NCBI GenBank assembly: GCA_963843515.1 | Contig: CAWJKH010000007.1 | Coordinates: forward strand, 196,017-260,016 | Length of the DNA stretch: 64,000 nucleotides | Reading direction: 5' to 3' | DNA from: an uncultured Actinomycetota bacterium | Lineage (GTDB): Bacteria > Actinomycetota > Thermoleophilia > RBG-16-64-13 | Part shown: piece after piece, positions 1-7,916 of the stretch | How the letters are laid out: every line of letters begins with the position of its first letter | How positions within the stretch are numbered: position 1 is the first letter of the stretch | The notes under the pieces: model-generated | Told to the model about the DNA's origin: nothing | The model's database searches: none | Seen by the model: only the letters and a program-made list of their open reading frames with translations | Made by a program: the position numbers and the translations under genes

Positions 1-348
1 GTCTACGCCGACGTCGACCTCAAGGTCAACGAGATGGCGCGGGGCATCATCAACATCACCGGCCTCTACAGCCGTTGGGACATCCTGAGCCTGCGGGTGC
101 GGCAGAACGACTACGAGCCCATCGTGCCCATGGAGGCCATGGAGACCCTGGGGCCGCTGGCTCCCATGGAGACCTGGCAGGGGACCTCCGCCGGCCCGGG
201 CGCGGCTCCCACCACTCCTGGGGCCTCCCCGGCTTCGACAGCCGCCCAGCGCGCCGCCGAGGCGAGCCCGGCCGATATCGCCGAGTTACGCGAGAAGATC
301 GCCGAGCTCGAGCGCCGGCTGGCCGAGTCTGGGGACCGGGAACAGTAG
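1..348 (+). CDS. 3' end of a gene entering from upstream; hypothetical protein with Ala/Pro-rich linker and short C-terminal coiled coil
   Basis: Frame is open from base 1 (VYADVDLKVNEMARGIINITG...) and stops at 346-348. Tail is AELREKIAELERRLAE. No family recognised. Confidence 0.45.
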   Translation, partial: VYADVDLKVNEMARGIINITGLYSRWDILSLRVRQNDYEPIVPMEAMETLGPLAPMETWQGTSAGPGAAPTTPGASPASTAAQRAAEASPADIAELREKIAELERRLAESGDREQ

Positions 349-427
349 GCGGGCCGGGCCGCCCTGCGAGCCTCGAAGCGCCCAGCCCCGAACCGCCGAC
401 CCCCCGACCGCCAGGCCCAGGAACCGC

Positions 428-1600
428 GTGCGCTTCTTTGACGCCCACTGCGACACTATCGGCCTCATCCTCGAACAGGGGGCCGATTTCCTGGCCGAGC
501 TGTATGAAGCGCCCGGTGACGCGAGCCCGCCGGCTGGGTCCCGGGGCGACGAAACTGCGCCGCGCCCCGCCGATGCCCCCATCCCCCATATCACGCTCCC
601 GGGTCTGAAGGCCGGCGGCATCGGCGCTCAGGTCTTCGCGAGTTGGGTCTGGAGTGGGAAGTACAGGGGACGCGAGTACGAGGTAGGCATGGCCAAGGTG
701 GAGGCCGTGCGCCGGCTGTGCGCCGAATACCCCGGCGACCTCGCCCTTGCCGCCACCGGCGTGGATCTGGCCGGCCCGTTCGCCCACAGCGCGGCCGGCG
801 ACGACGCGGCTCAGCTCGCGGGGGGCGCCGCGGGCGCCACCCGGATCGCGGTACTTCCCAGCCTGGAGGGAGCCGACCCTCTGCTGGGCAATATCGACAA
901 CCTGTTCGCCTTCTACGAGGCCGGCGTGCGCCTGCTCACTCTGGCGTGGGGCGACAACCCGTTCTGCGGCTCCGCCTATGGCGACGGCACCGGGTTGACC
1001 AGGAAGGGGCAGGATCTGGTGGCCGCATGCGAGTCTCTGGGAGTGGTGGTGGACGTGTCCCACCTCTCCGACAAGGGGTTCACCGATCTGTGCGAGGTCG
1101 CAGAGCGGCCGTTCGTCGCCAGCCACAGCAACTGCCGTTCTATCTGCCCCAGCGGGCGCAACCTTACCGACGAAATGATCCGGGCGCTCGCCGAGAGGGG
1201 CGGGGTCATGGGGATCACCCTGGCCCCCGGCTTTCTGTCCCGGGAGTACTACGAGAAAGAGAGGGTGGCCACCGGCCGCTCGTTCTCGGCAGTCCTCTCC
1301 GGCGACGAGGCCTTCGATGATGCCCAGATGCATGGCACCGCCGCCATGGCCGGCGTGCCCCGGCCGCCGCTCTCCACGCTTGTCGACCACGTCAGGTGGG
1401 CCATCAACGTGGGCGGAGAGGATGTCGTGGGCCTGGGGGGCGACCTGGACGGGGTCGACTATCTACCCGAGGGGTTCCGCGGGGTCGCCGACTACCCCCG
1501 GATCGAGAGCCTGCTGCGAGAGGCCGGCCTCCCACCGCGCCAGATAGACAGGGTTTGCCACCAGAACTTCCTGCGGGTGTTCCAAGACCTGCTGAGCTAG
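428..1600 (+). CDS. membrane dipeptidase (peptidase family M19)
   Basis: FDAHCDT N-terminus plus VDVSHLSDKGF, ASHSNCR, GVMGITL and GLGGDLDGV motifs typical of M19 zinc dipeptidases. GTG start. Confidence 0.85.
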   Translation: MRFFDAHCDTIGLILEQGADFLAELYEAPGDASPPAGSRGDETAPRPADAPIPHITLPGLKAGGIGAQVFASWVWSGKYRGREYEVGMAKVEAVRRLCAEYPGDLALAATGVDLAGPFAHSAAGDDAAQLAGGAAGATRIAVLPSLEGADPLLGNIDNLFAFYEAGVRLLTLAWGDNPFCGSAYGDGTGLTRKGQDLVAACESLGVVVDVSHLSDKGFTDLCEVAERPFVASHSNCRSICPSGRNLTDEMIRALAERGGVMGITLAPGFLSREYYEKERVATGRSFSAVLSGDEAFDDAQMHGTAAMAGVPRPPLSTLVDHVRWAINVGGEDVVGLGGDLDGVDYLPEGFRGVADYPRIESLLREAGLPPRQIDRVCHQNFLRVFQDLLS

Positions 1601-1711
1601 AGCCCAACATTCGCGCGGCAGCGCTGTCCGCGGCGATCACGGACCCCGCACCCGGGCCGCCCCGCAGCGCCGTCCGCGGCGGCCGCGGCGCCCGGCCCGC
1701 GCATCGCCCGG

Positions 1712-2455
1712 TCAGGCGAGCGCCCTCCGCCTCAGCGGCTGCCTCAACCGGCGCCACACGCTTCGCAGGCCCCGTTTCTCCCCCCACAACATGATGAGCA
1801 CGGCCCCCAGGACGATGATGATCTTCTGCAGGAGCGGCATCGGGGTCCAGTGGTAGCCCACGCGGACCGTGATGATCGACCACAGGGGGATGCGTGAAGG
1901 AAGCTTGGCGAGCCATCCTCCCCCGTCATCGGCAACAAAGGAGGTGGCCGGGTCTTCCATCTCCGGAGGCAGCTTCCCGGGATAGTCCACCCACACGTGA
2001 TCGAACGAATAGCGGAGGGTGTAGGGCATCCCTTTGGCCGCGAAAATGCTGGCAGCAAGAAGCGCTCTCGCCTGACAGTCGCCCGCCCGGTCGCGCAACA
2101 CCTCCGCTACCGTCGGGAAGTACCAGGGCAGCCGGTAGATGGTCCACGCCGGCTGGTATTCGACGTAGTCCAGGGAGAAGTCCTCGATGCGCTTGTAGTC
2201 GTCGGGAAGGGCTGCGGCCAGGCCGACCACCGCGGAGCTATCCACCGGCGGGGTGCGGAGGCGAGCCACAGAGGCGAAGAAGGGCCGGGGGTCCGGATAC
2301 ACCACCGCGCCGATCCACAGCCCGATGAAAAGGAGCACCAAGAAGCGCCGCACGAATGCCCGCCGCCAACCGTGGCTGCATTGCTTCGCCGCCATGCTCG
2401 GGGACCCGCCCGCCGGCTCGGCCGTGGCTTGGTCAGAAGCCGTCGCGGTCCCCAC
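1712..2455 (-). CDS. transglutaminase-like (cysteine-protease fold) membrane protein
   Basis: N- and C-terminal hydrophobic helices. GDCQARALL (Cys) followed by DHVWVDY (His), as in a transglutaminase core. Confidence 0.6.
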   Translation of the reverse strand: MGTATASDQATAEPAGGSPSMAAKQCSHGWRRAFVRRFLVLLFIGLWIGAVVYPDPRPFFASVARLRTPPVDSSAVVGLAAALPDDYKRIEDFSLDYVEYQPAWTIYRLPWYFPTVAEVLRDRAGDCQARALLAASIFAAKGMPYTLRYSFDHVWVDYPGKLPPEMEDPATSFVADDGGGWLAKLPSRIPLWSIITVRVGYHWTPMPLLQKIIIVLGAVLIMLWGEKRGLRSVWRRLRQPLRRRALA

Positions 2456-2629
2456 CCACGACCTTCACTTCAACCCGCTCCTTTGCCCGCGCTTCCCGGT
2501 CCCCCCGGCGCCGGGAAACAGCGCGGTGCAGGGATTCTATCGCATCTCGGCCACCGGCGGTCAAGGCGTCAGACGGCGACCCCGTTGCCCTTGTCTTCTG
2601 GTCACGCGGCCCCTAATCTTCCAGATTGC

Positions 2630-3691
2630 ATGCCTGACGCCTACTACACCTGCAATCTCCTGCCCCTGGAACTGGTTGCCCACGCGGGCTACTCGCCGCG
2701 CTGGCTGGGAGAGCACCTGCAGGACCCGGGCGCGCCGGCGCGCCGCGATGCCCTCAGCATCCATCCTATGACGTGCCCGTATGTGACCCGGCTCGTCGCC
2801 GCCGCCGACGCCCTGCTGGATCGGGCCCCAGATGACGAGGTTCTCCTGGTCCCCGGTGGCTGTGACGCCATGAGACGGTTGGGCGACTTGCTCCATGCCA
2901 CCTACCCGGGCCGAGTGTTCGTCCTCTCTCTGGGCCGCTCTTCGGCCGACCGGGCCGTCGGGAATCTGGCCGCGGACCTCAGGCGGCTGGAAGAGTGGCT
3001 GGAGCAGAAGGCCGGTGAGAGCCGGGCGGTGGCCGGGGGGGTGGCCGGGGCCGCGGAGACCGCCGGGGCCGGTCCGGGCGCAGACCCCGACCTCGCGGGC
3101 GACGCCGCTGCAGCCGCGCCCGAGAAGCAGACGCCGCGCGTCGACTACCCTTCGCCCCCACGCTCGGGCGGAGTGTTCGTGGTCGCCGGTCCCCTGACCG
3201 ACGACTCTATGCTGCGCCTCATAGGCCAGCTCGGCGCCTCCGTCTCCGGCCTGGAATCGTGCACCTCGCCCGACCGCTGGCAGCCGCTGGCCGCGGCCGG
3301 CGCCCTTGTGGGCGGTGCGGCGGGGTGGACTAACGAGCCGGGCGGCGCAGCCGCCACCGCTGCCGCCGGTGACGACCCGTACCTCGCCCTTGCCCGCGAG
3401 ACTCTCGCCCTGGGCATATGCCCGCGGCGGTCCACGGTGGAGCGCCATGACTACCTGGCCGGCAGATTGGACGAGGCCAGACCGGCTTCGGTCATTTACG
3501 CCCGGCAGAGCTTCTGCGACCCAGGCGCGTATGACGCCGTGCTCGTGGCCCAACTCGCGGAGGAACGGGGGCTCCCCTATCTGGAGATCGAGGTCGGGTT
3601 CCCGTTCGAGGCCAGCGGCCCGTTGCGCACCCGGGTGGAGGCCTTCCTGGAGGCACAACTCCTAGACGACGACCTGCTGGACGAGGACTGA
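2630..3691 (+). CDS. 2-hydroxyacyl-CoA dehydratase / benzoyl-CoA reductase family subunit (HgdB/BcrB-like)
   Basis: ATG 2630 is in frame within ORF 1997-3691. The upstream part of that ORF is antisense to the 1712-2455 gene. Conserved Cys contexts: HPMTCPY, GGCDAM, RQSFCDPGAYD. Confidence 0.7.
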   Translation: MPDAYYTCNLLPLELVAHAGYSPRWLGEHLQDPGAPARRDALSIHPMTCPYVTRLVAAADALLDRAPDDEVLLVPGGCDAMRRLGDLLHATYPGRVFVLSLGRSSADRAVGNLAADLRRLEEWLEQKAGESRAVAGGVAGAAETAGAGPGADPDLAGDAAAAAPEKQTPRVDYPSPPRSGGVFVVAGPLTDDSMLRLIGQLGASVSGLESCTSPDRWQPLAAAGALVGGAAGWTNEPGGAAATAAAGDDPYLALARETLALGICPRRSTVERHDYLAGRLDEARPASVIYARQSFCDPGAYDAVLVAQLAEERGLPYLEIEVGFPFEASGPLRTRVEAFLEAQLLDDDLLDED

Positions 3692-3694
3692 CAG

Positions 3695-4936
3695 ATGCCG
3701 GGCATGGCCGACGTCACCGGTGACTCCCTGAAGGCCACGCTGCTCAGGAACACCTTCCTCACCGCCGCCCGGCTCAAGGCCTTGCAGGTCCGTACCGCGC
3801 GGGTCCATCTCCAACTGGACGCGCTCTCGGCATCGCTCGACCTGTTCAAGACCGGCGCCATCGTACCCTGGGTGTCGTATCTCTTCCCCACCGAGATCCT
3901 CAGCTCGTACGGCATCACCCCGATGATCCCCGAGATCGGGGCAGCCACCATCACCGGCACGGATCTGCGCGACGACGTGGAGTCTGCCGCCGCCCGCATG
4001 CCGCTGGCCCGCGATGTCTGCAGCTACCACCGCACCGCCCTTGCTGCCGTGGAGAACAATATGCTCCCCGCTCCTACCATGTGTCTGGGGACCACGCCAC
4101 TCTGTCTGGGCAAGGAGATGCTGCTGGAGATGCTGGCCATCAAACGCGGCGTGCCGTTCCGCGAGATCCGGGTGCCTCTACCTCCGGACGAGGGGCCCTC
4201 ACCTCCGGAGGTGGTGGCTGACGTCGCTGAGCAGATCCGCGCTCTCCATGAAGACATCGGCCGCTGGACGGGACGTTCGCCCAATCTGCGCAAGACCGTC
4301 GAACTCTCCAACCGGGCCTCCAAGGCCTGGGGCCAGATCAGCGCCGAGCGCCTGGCCGGCAGGTTGGAGATGGACGGCCGCAAGACCTTCGCCCTGGTGT
4401 TCCTGGGTCAGCTCTTGTGGGGCACCGAGGCGGGGGCAAAGGACTTCGAGCGGCTCCTCAGCGAGCGGGGACGGCGGGACCTCATGGCCCCCGTGCTGCC
4501 CGAGGGCCGCAAGCTCAAGCGACTGCTGTGGCTGCACACCGTCCCCCATCACGACCGCGAGATCTTCGAGCTGCTGGAAGAGCGGGGGGCCGTGGTGATC
4601 TTCGAGGAGATGGGCCAGATGCATCTGGACACCATCGATCCCGACGATCCCTTCCCTGGGCTGGCCCGGCGCCTCACCGACCACGCCCTCTGGGGCACCT
4701 CGGCCCGCAGGGCACGGCTGAACGTCGCCCTGGCCAGGCGGCTCAAGGTGGATGGGGCCGTGCATTTCAACCACTGGGGCTGCCGGCACGGACTGGGGTC
4801 GGTGCCGGTAGTACGCTCCGCGTTCATGGAAGCGGGGATACCGTTCCTGGCCATCGACGGCGATGCCCTCGCTCGCGGCGGGCCCAACCAGGAGAAGTCG
4901 CTCCAGCAAATGGAGAGCTTCCTGGAGATCGTGTAG
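3695..4936 (+). CDS. 2-hydroxyacyl-CoA dehydratase family subunit (HgdA/BcrC-like)
   Basis: CSYHR, MCLGTTPLC, HFNHWGCRHG and FLAIDGDA motifs. Starts 4 nt after the upstream stop, so it looks like a two-gene operon. Confidence 0.75.
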   Translation: MPGMADVTGDSLKATLLRNTFLTAARLKALQVRTARVHLQLDALSASLDLFKTGAIVPWVSYLFPTEILSSYGITPMIPEIGAATITGTDLRDDVESAAARMPLARDVCSYHRTALAAVENNMLPAPTMCLGTTPLCLGKEMLLEMLAIKRGVPFREIRVPLPPDEGPSPPEVVADVAEQIRALHEDIGRWTGRSPNLRKTVELSNRASKAWGQISAERLAGRLEMDGRKTFALVFLGQLLWGTEAGAKDFERLLSERGRRDLMAPVLPEGRKLKRLLWLHTVPHHDREIFELLEERGAVVIFEEMGQMHLDTIDPDDPFPGLARRLTDHALWGTSARRARLNVALARRLKVDGAVHFNHWGCRHGLGSVPVVRSAFMEAGIPFLAIDGDALARGGPNQEKSLQQMESFLEIV

Positions 4937-4979
4937 CGCAGGCCCCAGGGCTGCGCCACGCCGCTCGGCGAACCCCGCG

Positions 4980-5789
4980 ATGGACGCCACGAACGACTCC
5001 AAGAGACTTTCCCAGGACCGCTTCGGCAGGTATGCGGCCAGCTACGTGAACAGCTGGAGCCACCGGGGCGGTCCGGACCTCGACCGGCTGGTGGAGCTCG
5101 CCGGCAGCCACGGGGATTGGGAGGCCCTCGACGTCGCCACCGGGGGCGGCCACACCGCTTCGGCGGTCGCCCCTCACGTCCGCCGGGTAGTGGCCACCGA
5201 CCTCACCGAGCCCATGCTGGCCGCGGCCCGGGAGTTCATCATTGCCCAGGGGGCGAAGAACGTCGACTTCCGTCCGGCGGACGCCGAAGACCTGCCCTTC
5301 CCCCCGAGCAGCTTCGACTTGGTCACCTGCCGCATCGCCGCTCACCATTTCCCCGACCCCGAGCGGTTCCTGGCCGAGGTCGCCCGGGTGCTTCGCCCCT
5401 GCGGGCTCCTCCTGCTGCAGGACCAGGTGACTCCCGAGGACGCGGAGACGGCCGCCTGGATCACCTTTTTCGAGAAGCGCCGCGACCCCAGCCACCACCG
5501 GGCTCTCTTCCACGGCGAGTGGCTGGCGCTCTTGGGGGCGTCCGGACTGAGCGTGGAGACTGAGGACCGGTTCGAAAAGCGGCTGAGCCTTCTCAAGTGG
5601 GTCAACGACCAGGAGGGGACCGCCGAAGACCTGGCCGACCTGCGCGCCCGGCTGCGCCGGGCGCCGCCCGGCGTTCGGGAGTGGATGCGCCCCGCCGACA
5701 TCGACGGCGACGCGGCCGCGTTCAGCATCATCCACTACCTGTTCAGCGCTCGGAAGACGGGGCTAGACGACCTGGGCACCGGCTGCTGA
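4980..5789 (+). CDS. class I SAM-dependent methyltransferase (Methyltransf_11-like)
   Basis: LDVATGGGH (motif I), DLVTCRIAAHHF, LRPCGLLLLQD. ATG 4980 is in frame in ORF 4863-5789. Confidence 0.85.
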   Translation: MDATNDSKRLSQDRFGRYAASYVNSWSHRGGPDLDRLVELAGSHGDWEALDVATGGGHTASAVAPHVRRVVATDLTEPMLAAAREFIIAQGAKNVDFRPADAEDLPFPPSSFDLVTCRIAAHHFPDPERFLAEVARVLRPCGLLLLQDQVTPEDAETAAWITFFEKRRDPSHHRALFHGEWLALLGASGLSVETEDRFEKRLSLLKWVNDQEGTAEDLADLRARLRRAPPGVREWMRPADIDGDAAAFSIIHYLFSARKTGLDDLGTGC

Positions 5790-5805
5790 CGCGCACATCG
5801 CCGAT

Positions 5806-5991
5806 CTATCGTATGCGTTCGATAGCCAGACTCCGCGCCAGAACCAGGACATTGCCCGACGCGAGGAAGAACCCCCACTGGCCGAAGATGAGCACCGCGA
5901 TAGCGATCCCGTACCAGGCTGAAAAACGCACGCTCCCTCTCTTTCCGCGCTCGTCTTCTCGGTGGCCGGCCTCGGTCACCACCGGTCGCAA
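5806..5991 (-). CDS. possible small membrane protein (61 aa)
   Basis: Single hydrophobic helix WYGIAIAVLIFGQWGFFLASGNVLVLA in an otherwise empty ~320-bp gap. No homology recognised. Confidence 0.25.
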   Translation of the reverse strand: MRPVVTEAGHREDERGKRGSVRFSAWYGIAIAVLIFGQWGFFLASGNVLVLARSLAIERIR

Positions 5992-6111
5992 TCCTGGCGA
6001 GAACGGAGGGTGTCTACAACGACAGGAATACGGGAATCATGCAAGAATTCGATACGCGGCACACAAATGCACGATCCTGGTGCGTTTCTGAGGAAGGAGC
6101 ACCGCATCCAT

Positions 6112-6873
6112 ATGGCCGAGACTGAGCGCACTCTTGCCGTCTTCATCGATTTCGAGAACCTGGCCATCGGGTTCAAACACCGCCGCGGTGAGTTCGACAT
6201 CCACAAGATCCTCGAGCGTCTGGTGGAAAAGGGGAAGGTGATCGTCAAGAAGGCGTACGCCGATTGGGGCGAATACAAGCAGTACACGAAACCCCTGCAC
6301 GAGAACGCCATCGAGCTCATCGAGATCCCGCGGCGGCAGATGACCGGCAAGAACTCGGCCGACATCCGCTTGGCAGTGGACGCCATGGACCTCGCGTGGT
6401 CGAAGGAGCACATCGACACCTTCGTGATCGTGTCTGGCGACTCGGACTTCTCCCCACTGGTCTCCAAGCTCAAAGAGAACGGCAAGCACGTGATCGGGAT
6501 CGGCATGAAAGCGTCGACCTCAGACCTGCTGTCCGGCAACTGCGACGAGTTCATCTTCTACGAGGACCTGGAGAAACAGCCCGTCCCGGCTGCACCTGGG
6601 CCCCAGGCAGTCGACATCCCGCCCGAGAAGAAAGAGGTGTTCGACCTGCTCGTCGAGTCCATCGGCGCCCTCATCCGCGAGAACAAGGACCCTATCTTCG
6701 CCTCCATGGTCAAAGACACGATGCAACGCAAGCGGCCTTCGTTCAACGAGTCGGCCTACGGCTACCGCAGCTTCAGCAGCCTGCTGATCGACGCCGAGAA
6801 ACGTGGGGTCATCAAACTGCACCGCGACAAGAAGGCCGGATGGACCTACGTGGTCGAGGGGTTCGTAGAGTAG
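6112..6873 (+). CDS. NYN-domain (PIN-like) nuclease with C-terminal OST-HTH/LOTUS domain
   Basis: LAVFIDFENL, KAYADW, GKNSADIRLAVD and IVSGDSDFSPLV (NYN acidic residues). C-terminal ~70 aa is LOTUS-like. AGGAAGGAG lies upstream of ATG 6112. Confidence 0.85.
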   Translation: MAETERTLAVFIDFENLAIGFKHRRGEFDIHKILERLVEKGKVIVKKAYADWGEYKQYTKPLHENAIELIEIPRRQMTGKNSADIRLAVDAMDLAWSKEHIDTFVIVSGDSDFSPLVSKLKENGKHVIGIGMKASTSDLLSGNCDEFIFYEDLEKQPVPAAPGPQAVDIPPEKKEVFDLLVESIGALIRENKDPIFASMVKDTMQRKRPSFNESAYGYRSFSSLLIDAEKRGVIKLHRDKKAGWTYVVEGFVE

Positions 6874-6919
6874 ACCGGGTCGACCTGACCTGGCAATTAC
6901 TGCAAAACAGGAGCGGTAC

Positions 6920-7327
6920 ATGAAGATCGTCGTGGGCTACGTGACAACCGACGAGAGCAGAGCCGCCCTCGACTGGGCGGTGGAGCAGGCAAAGCGTTGC
7001 GGAGACGAGATCGTCGTCGTCCACTCCATCCGCGGCGGCGGCAGCATGGAATCCGAGCAGCAAGAGATCTTGACGTATCGCGCTGAGCTGGACCAGATCG
7101 AGGAGCGACTGACCGCAGAGGGCATCCCGCACACGGTGCGCCGGCTCATCCGAGGCCTCACCCCCGCTGAAGACTTGGTCCAGGTGGTCAAGGAGGAGGG
7201 CGGCGACATGATCGCCATCGGCCTGAACGACAGGTCGCGCACCGACAAATACCTGATGGGGAGCGATGCGCAGCAGATCATGATGGCCGCCCGGTGTCCG
7301 GTGCTGGGAGTGAAGGCCGTCCGCTAA
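6920..7327 (+). CDS. universal stress protein (UspA family)
   Basis: KIVVGYV...AALDWA...VVVHS...MIAIG...GSDAQQIMMAARCPVLGV pattern. AGGAG lies upstream. Confidence 0.85.
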   Translation: MKIVVGYVTTDESRAALDWAVEQAKRCGDEIVVVHSIRGGGSMESEQQEILTYRAELDQIEERLTAEGIPHTVRRLIRGLTPAEDLVQVVKEEGGDMIAIGLNDRSRTDKYLMGSDAQQIMMAARCPVLGVKAVR

Positions 7328-7362
7328 GCGCCTTTCAGCTCGCCGGGCCGCGGCGCCCGCGA

Positions 7363-7836
7363 TCAGTTCCCGGCCTTCTCATGCGCCCGGCGCCACGCAC
7401 CGGCCTGGGCCTGCTGCTCCCAGTCGGGCACCTGCTCGCCGACCATGGCCAGGAAGAAGTACGATGTGGAGGCCCCCATGAAGCTGAAGTCACGCTTGAG
7501 GGACGCAGCCTTTTGCTCGTAGGCGCCCTGAGCGCTCAGGTACTTGTCGAAGCCCCCGAACTCCCGGTCTAGCTGGGCCACCTTGGCGGCATTGTCGATG
7601 ATGGCTTCGATCTTCTTGCGGTTCCGAATGACGCGTGCATCGGTCATGAGCCGCTCCACGTCGTCGGAGGTCATCTCCGCCACCTTCTGCACGTCGAAGC
7701 CCGCGAAGGCGTCGCGGATGCCCTCCCACTTGGCGTCGACCACCTGCCAGTTGATGCCTGACGTCATGATGATCCGGGTCATGGCCTCCAGGTAGCCTGA
7801 GGCCGTGGTGGGCTTGGTGAAGTCGCCGTGCTGCAT
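7363..7836 (-). CDS. DNA-3-methyladenine glycosylase I (Tag) family protein
   Basis: SGINWQVVDAKWEGIRDAFAGFD, VIRNRKKIEAIIDNA and FMGASTSYFFLAMVG resemble Tag. The N-terminal zinc-Cys motif was not seen. ATG 7836 is preceded by AGGAGGTG. Confidence 0.7.
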   Translation of the reverse strand: MQHGDFTKPTTASGYLEAMTRIIMTSGINWQVVDAKWEGIRDAFAGFDVQKVAEMTSDDVERLMTDARVIRNRKKIEAIIDNAAKVAQLDREFGGFDKYLSAQGAYEQKAASLKRDFSFMGASTSYFFLAMVGEQVPDWEQQAQAGAWRRAHEKAGN

Positions 7837-7916
7837 GCTGCACCTCCTAAGAGCCGGCGGATCGGGTCGCCGTGCTGGTACCCGTGGGCGGCGGATTCTA
7901 TCCCCCGCCGGGTCCG

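Noticed and set aside
56-1390. Long antisense/shadow ORFs. Examples are 56-1390(-), 15302-16510(-), 35176-37077(-), 45308-46618(-), 47204-48289(-), 57130-58833(-), 39575-40789(+) and 27839-28960(+).
   Set aside because: They have Arg/Gly/Pro/His-rich composition and no recognisable motifs. Each lies opposite a gene with clear family signatures. This is the expected stop-codon-poor shadow-frame effect in high-GC DNA.
1997-2629. 5' extension of ORF 1997-3691, which would make a 564-aa dehydratase subunit.
   Set aside because: The extension is antisense to the transglutaminase-like gene and low-complexity. Family similarity begins at ATG 2630.
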